Part shown: one piece after another, positions 62,750 to 64,000 of the stretch
How the letters are laid out: each line of letters begins with the position of its first letter
Numbering within the stretch: the first letter of the stretch is position 1
Source: Guillardia theta CCMP2712
Taxonomy: Eukaryota; Protista; Cryptophyta
NCBI RefSeq assembly: GCF_000315625.1
Contig: NW_005434503.1
Location: forward strand, 36,175 to 100,174
Direction: 5' to 3'
Length of the DNA stretch: 64,000 bases
Translations under genes and position numbers: made by a program
The notes under the pieces: generated by a model
The model's input: the letters and a program-made list of their open reading frames with translations, nothing else
What the model was told of the DNA's origin: nothing
The model's database searches: none

Positions 62750-64000
62750 ATGGGGAAGGAGCGGAAGAGGGAGGAAGAGCGACAGGGAGGGCGAGGAGGA
62801 GAAGCCGAGCAGGACGAGCAAGGTAGGGAGAGAGGACAACGAAGACAAAGATCCTCACACGATCGATGCTCTCCTGCGGTTCTAACCCGTGTCCGTGTCA
62901 GGGACGAGCAGGCCCAACATGAACGAACCAGTGAGAGTGAAGGAAATGCGAGCACGGTGGATTGGAAGGTGAGGAAGAGATGAGGTTGTCTGTGATCTGA
63001 GATAAGATTGTCTGTGATCTGAGACAAGATTGTCTGTGATATGATCGAGCAACAAACAACATCAGCCATCATGACACTGATCGATTGAATTAGTTTCTTA
63101 ATGGTTTCTCACAGGAACGATGAAATCCAGCAGCTTCTCAACATCTTCGGCCCAAGGAGGGCGCACGTCCCCCCAATCTTCGTGAATGGTCATGCATCGA
63201 CAGGGAAATCAGGTGATACAAGAACAAACATCAGCCATGTCTCGTCTCAACACGCCTCTTCACTTCTCATCCTCACACTACTTTCTTGCTCACGTCTATC
63301 ATGTTTCCTACCCCGATCATGCTGTCTCGTTGTTTGCAGCTCAGTCTTCTTCTGGCATTCCTCTTCCTTCTCACTTCCCTGCCAGCTGTCGTGCAAGACT
63401 TGCTCTTAACCCTGAAGGCGCCACATGCCTTTGTCAACTGCGTCGAAGCGACTACCCCCAGCGCGCTTTTTGAGATGGTAAGGCGTCAGGGGACGTTGAA
63501 CCTGAGCTCATGCCGGGGGCAGGTCCTACAGCAGCTGTGCTGCTCGGGGAGGAGGACGAGCAGCGAAGAGGAGGAGAACAAGCTCAGGTGCTGGGAGCTG
63601 GGATGTGACGGAGGTGATGGTGGAGGAAAGATGCAACGACGTCTCCAAGTTTGTGCGCCTCTTCGTGGACAACAAGAGCCTCAGACAAAGTGAGAGTTGT
63701 GCTGGTTGTCTGCTGGCTGATCCGTGAGCAGCATGCGGGGACGAGGAAGGGAGATGGATCTTGCATGAGAGGAAGGAGCAGGAGGAGGAGGAGACCTGGT
63801 AAGGAGGGGAGGAGGGACCAGCTTCTGCTTACCCGGCGCGCAGCTTCCTCGTCTTCGATCGAGCAGAGAGGCTGAGAAATTTGGACCCGCACTTGCTCAA
63901 GACGCTCGCACGGATGAACGAGCTGACGTCGAGGTAGGAGGAGGAGGAGGAGGAGGAGGAGGAGGAGGAGGGAGGAGGAGGAGGAGGAGGAGCGAAGGTA
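62750..64000 (+). CDS. ORC5: Origin recognition complex subunit 5, multi-exon, runs off the window
   Basis: Spliced WIGR|NDEIQQLLNIFG...PIFVNGHASTGKS (Walker A) |AVVQDLL...HAFVNCVE matches the ORC5 N-terminus. Confidence 0.88.

Overview
Gene-dense eukaryotic nuclear DNA with many short GT-AG introns, microsatellite-rich introns and three 100-N gaps. The style (intron size, an RWP-RK gene, a signal peptide + LRGG leader) suggests a cryptophyte alga such as Guillardia or Hanusia; this is an inference. About 20 protein genes are recognisable: a trypsin-like protease, an acyl-activating enzyme, an LRR/Gly-rich protein, four glycosyltransferases (GT29, GT25, GT18, GT90), EXOSC9, a TEX47-like protein, an MFS transporter, RECQL, an RWP-RK factor, TYW4, ORC5 and two paralogous unknown surface proteins. 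There are also three identical tRNA-Val(GAC) genes. The most striking feature is an intron-containing gene (49136-52628) that fuses a bacterial-type queuosine-precursor transporter (YhhQ/DUF165) to a bacterial-type QueA behind a mitochondrial-presequence-like leader. This suggests an organellar preQ1-salvage route that is not part of the standard eukaryotic queuine pathway. It lies head-to-head with a TYW4 that carries a signal peptide + LRGG leader. Other notable signals are G34 Val tRNAs with a eukaryotic body, a foldback element 19 bp upstream of one tRNA, and a dispersed ~55-bp repeat whose copies differ by short insertions inside GC-rich palindromic islands. Multi-exon boundaries were read by eye and are approximate.
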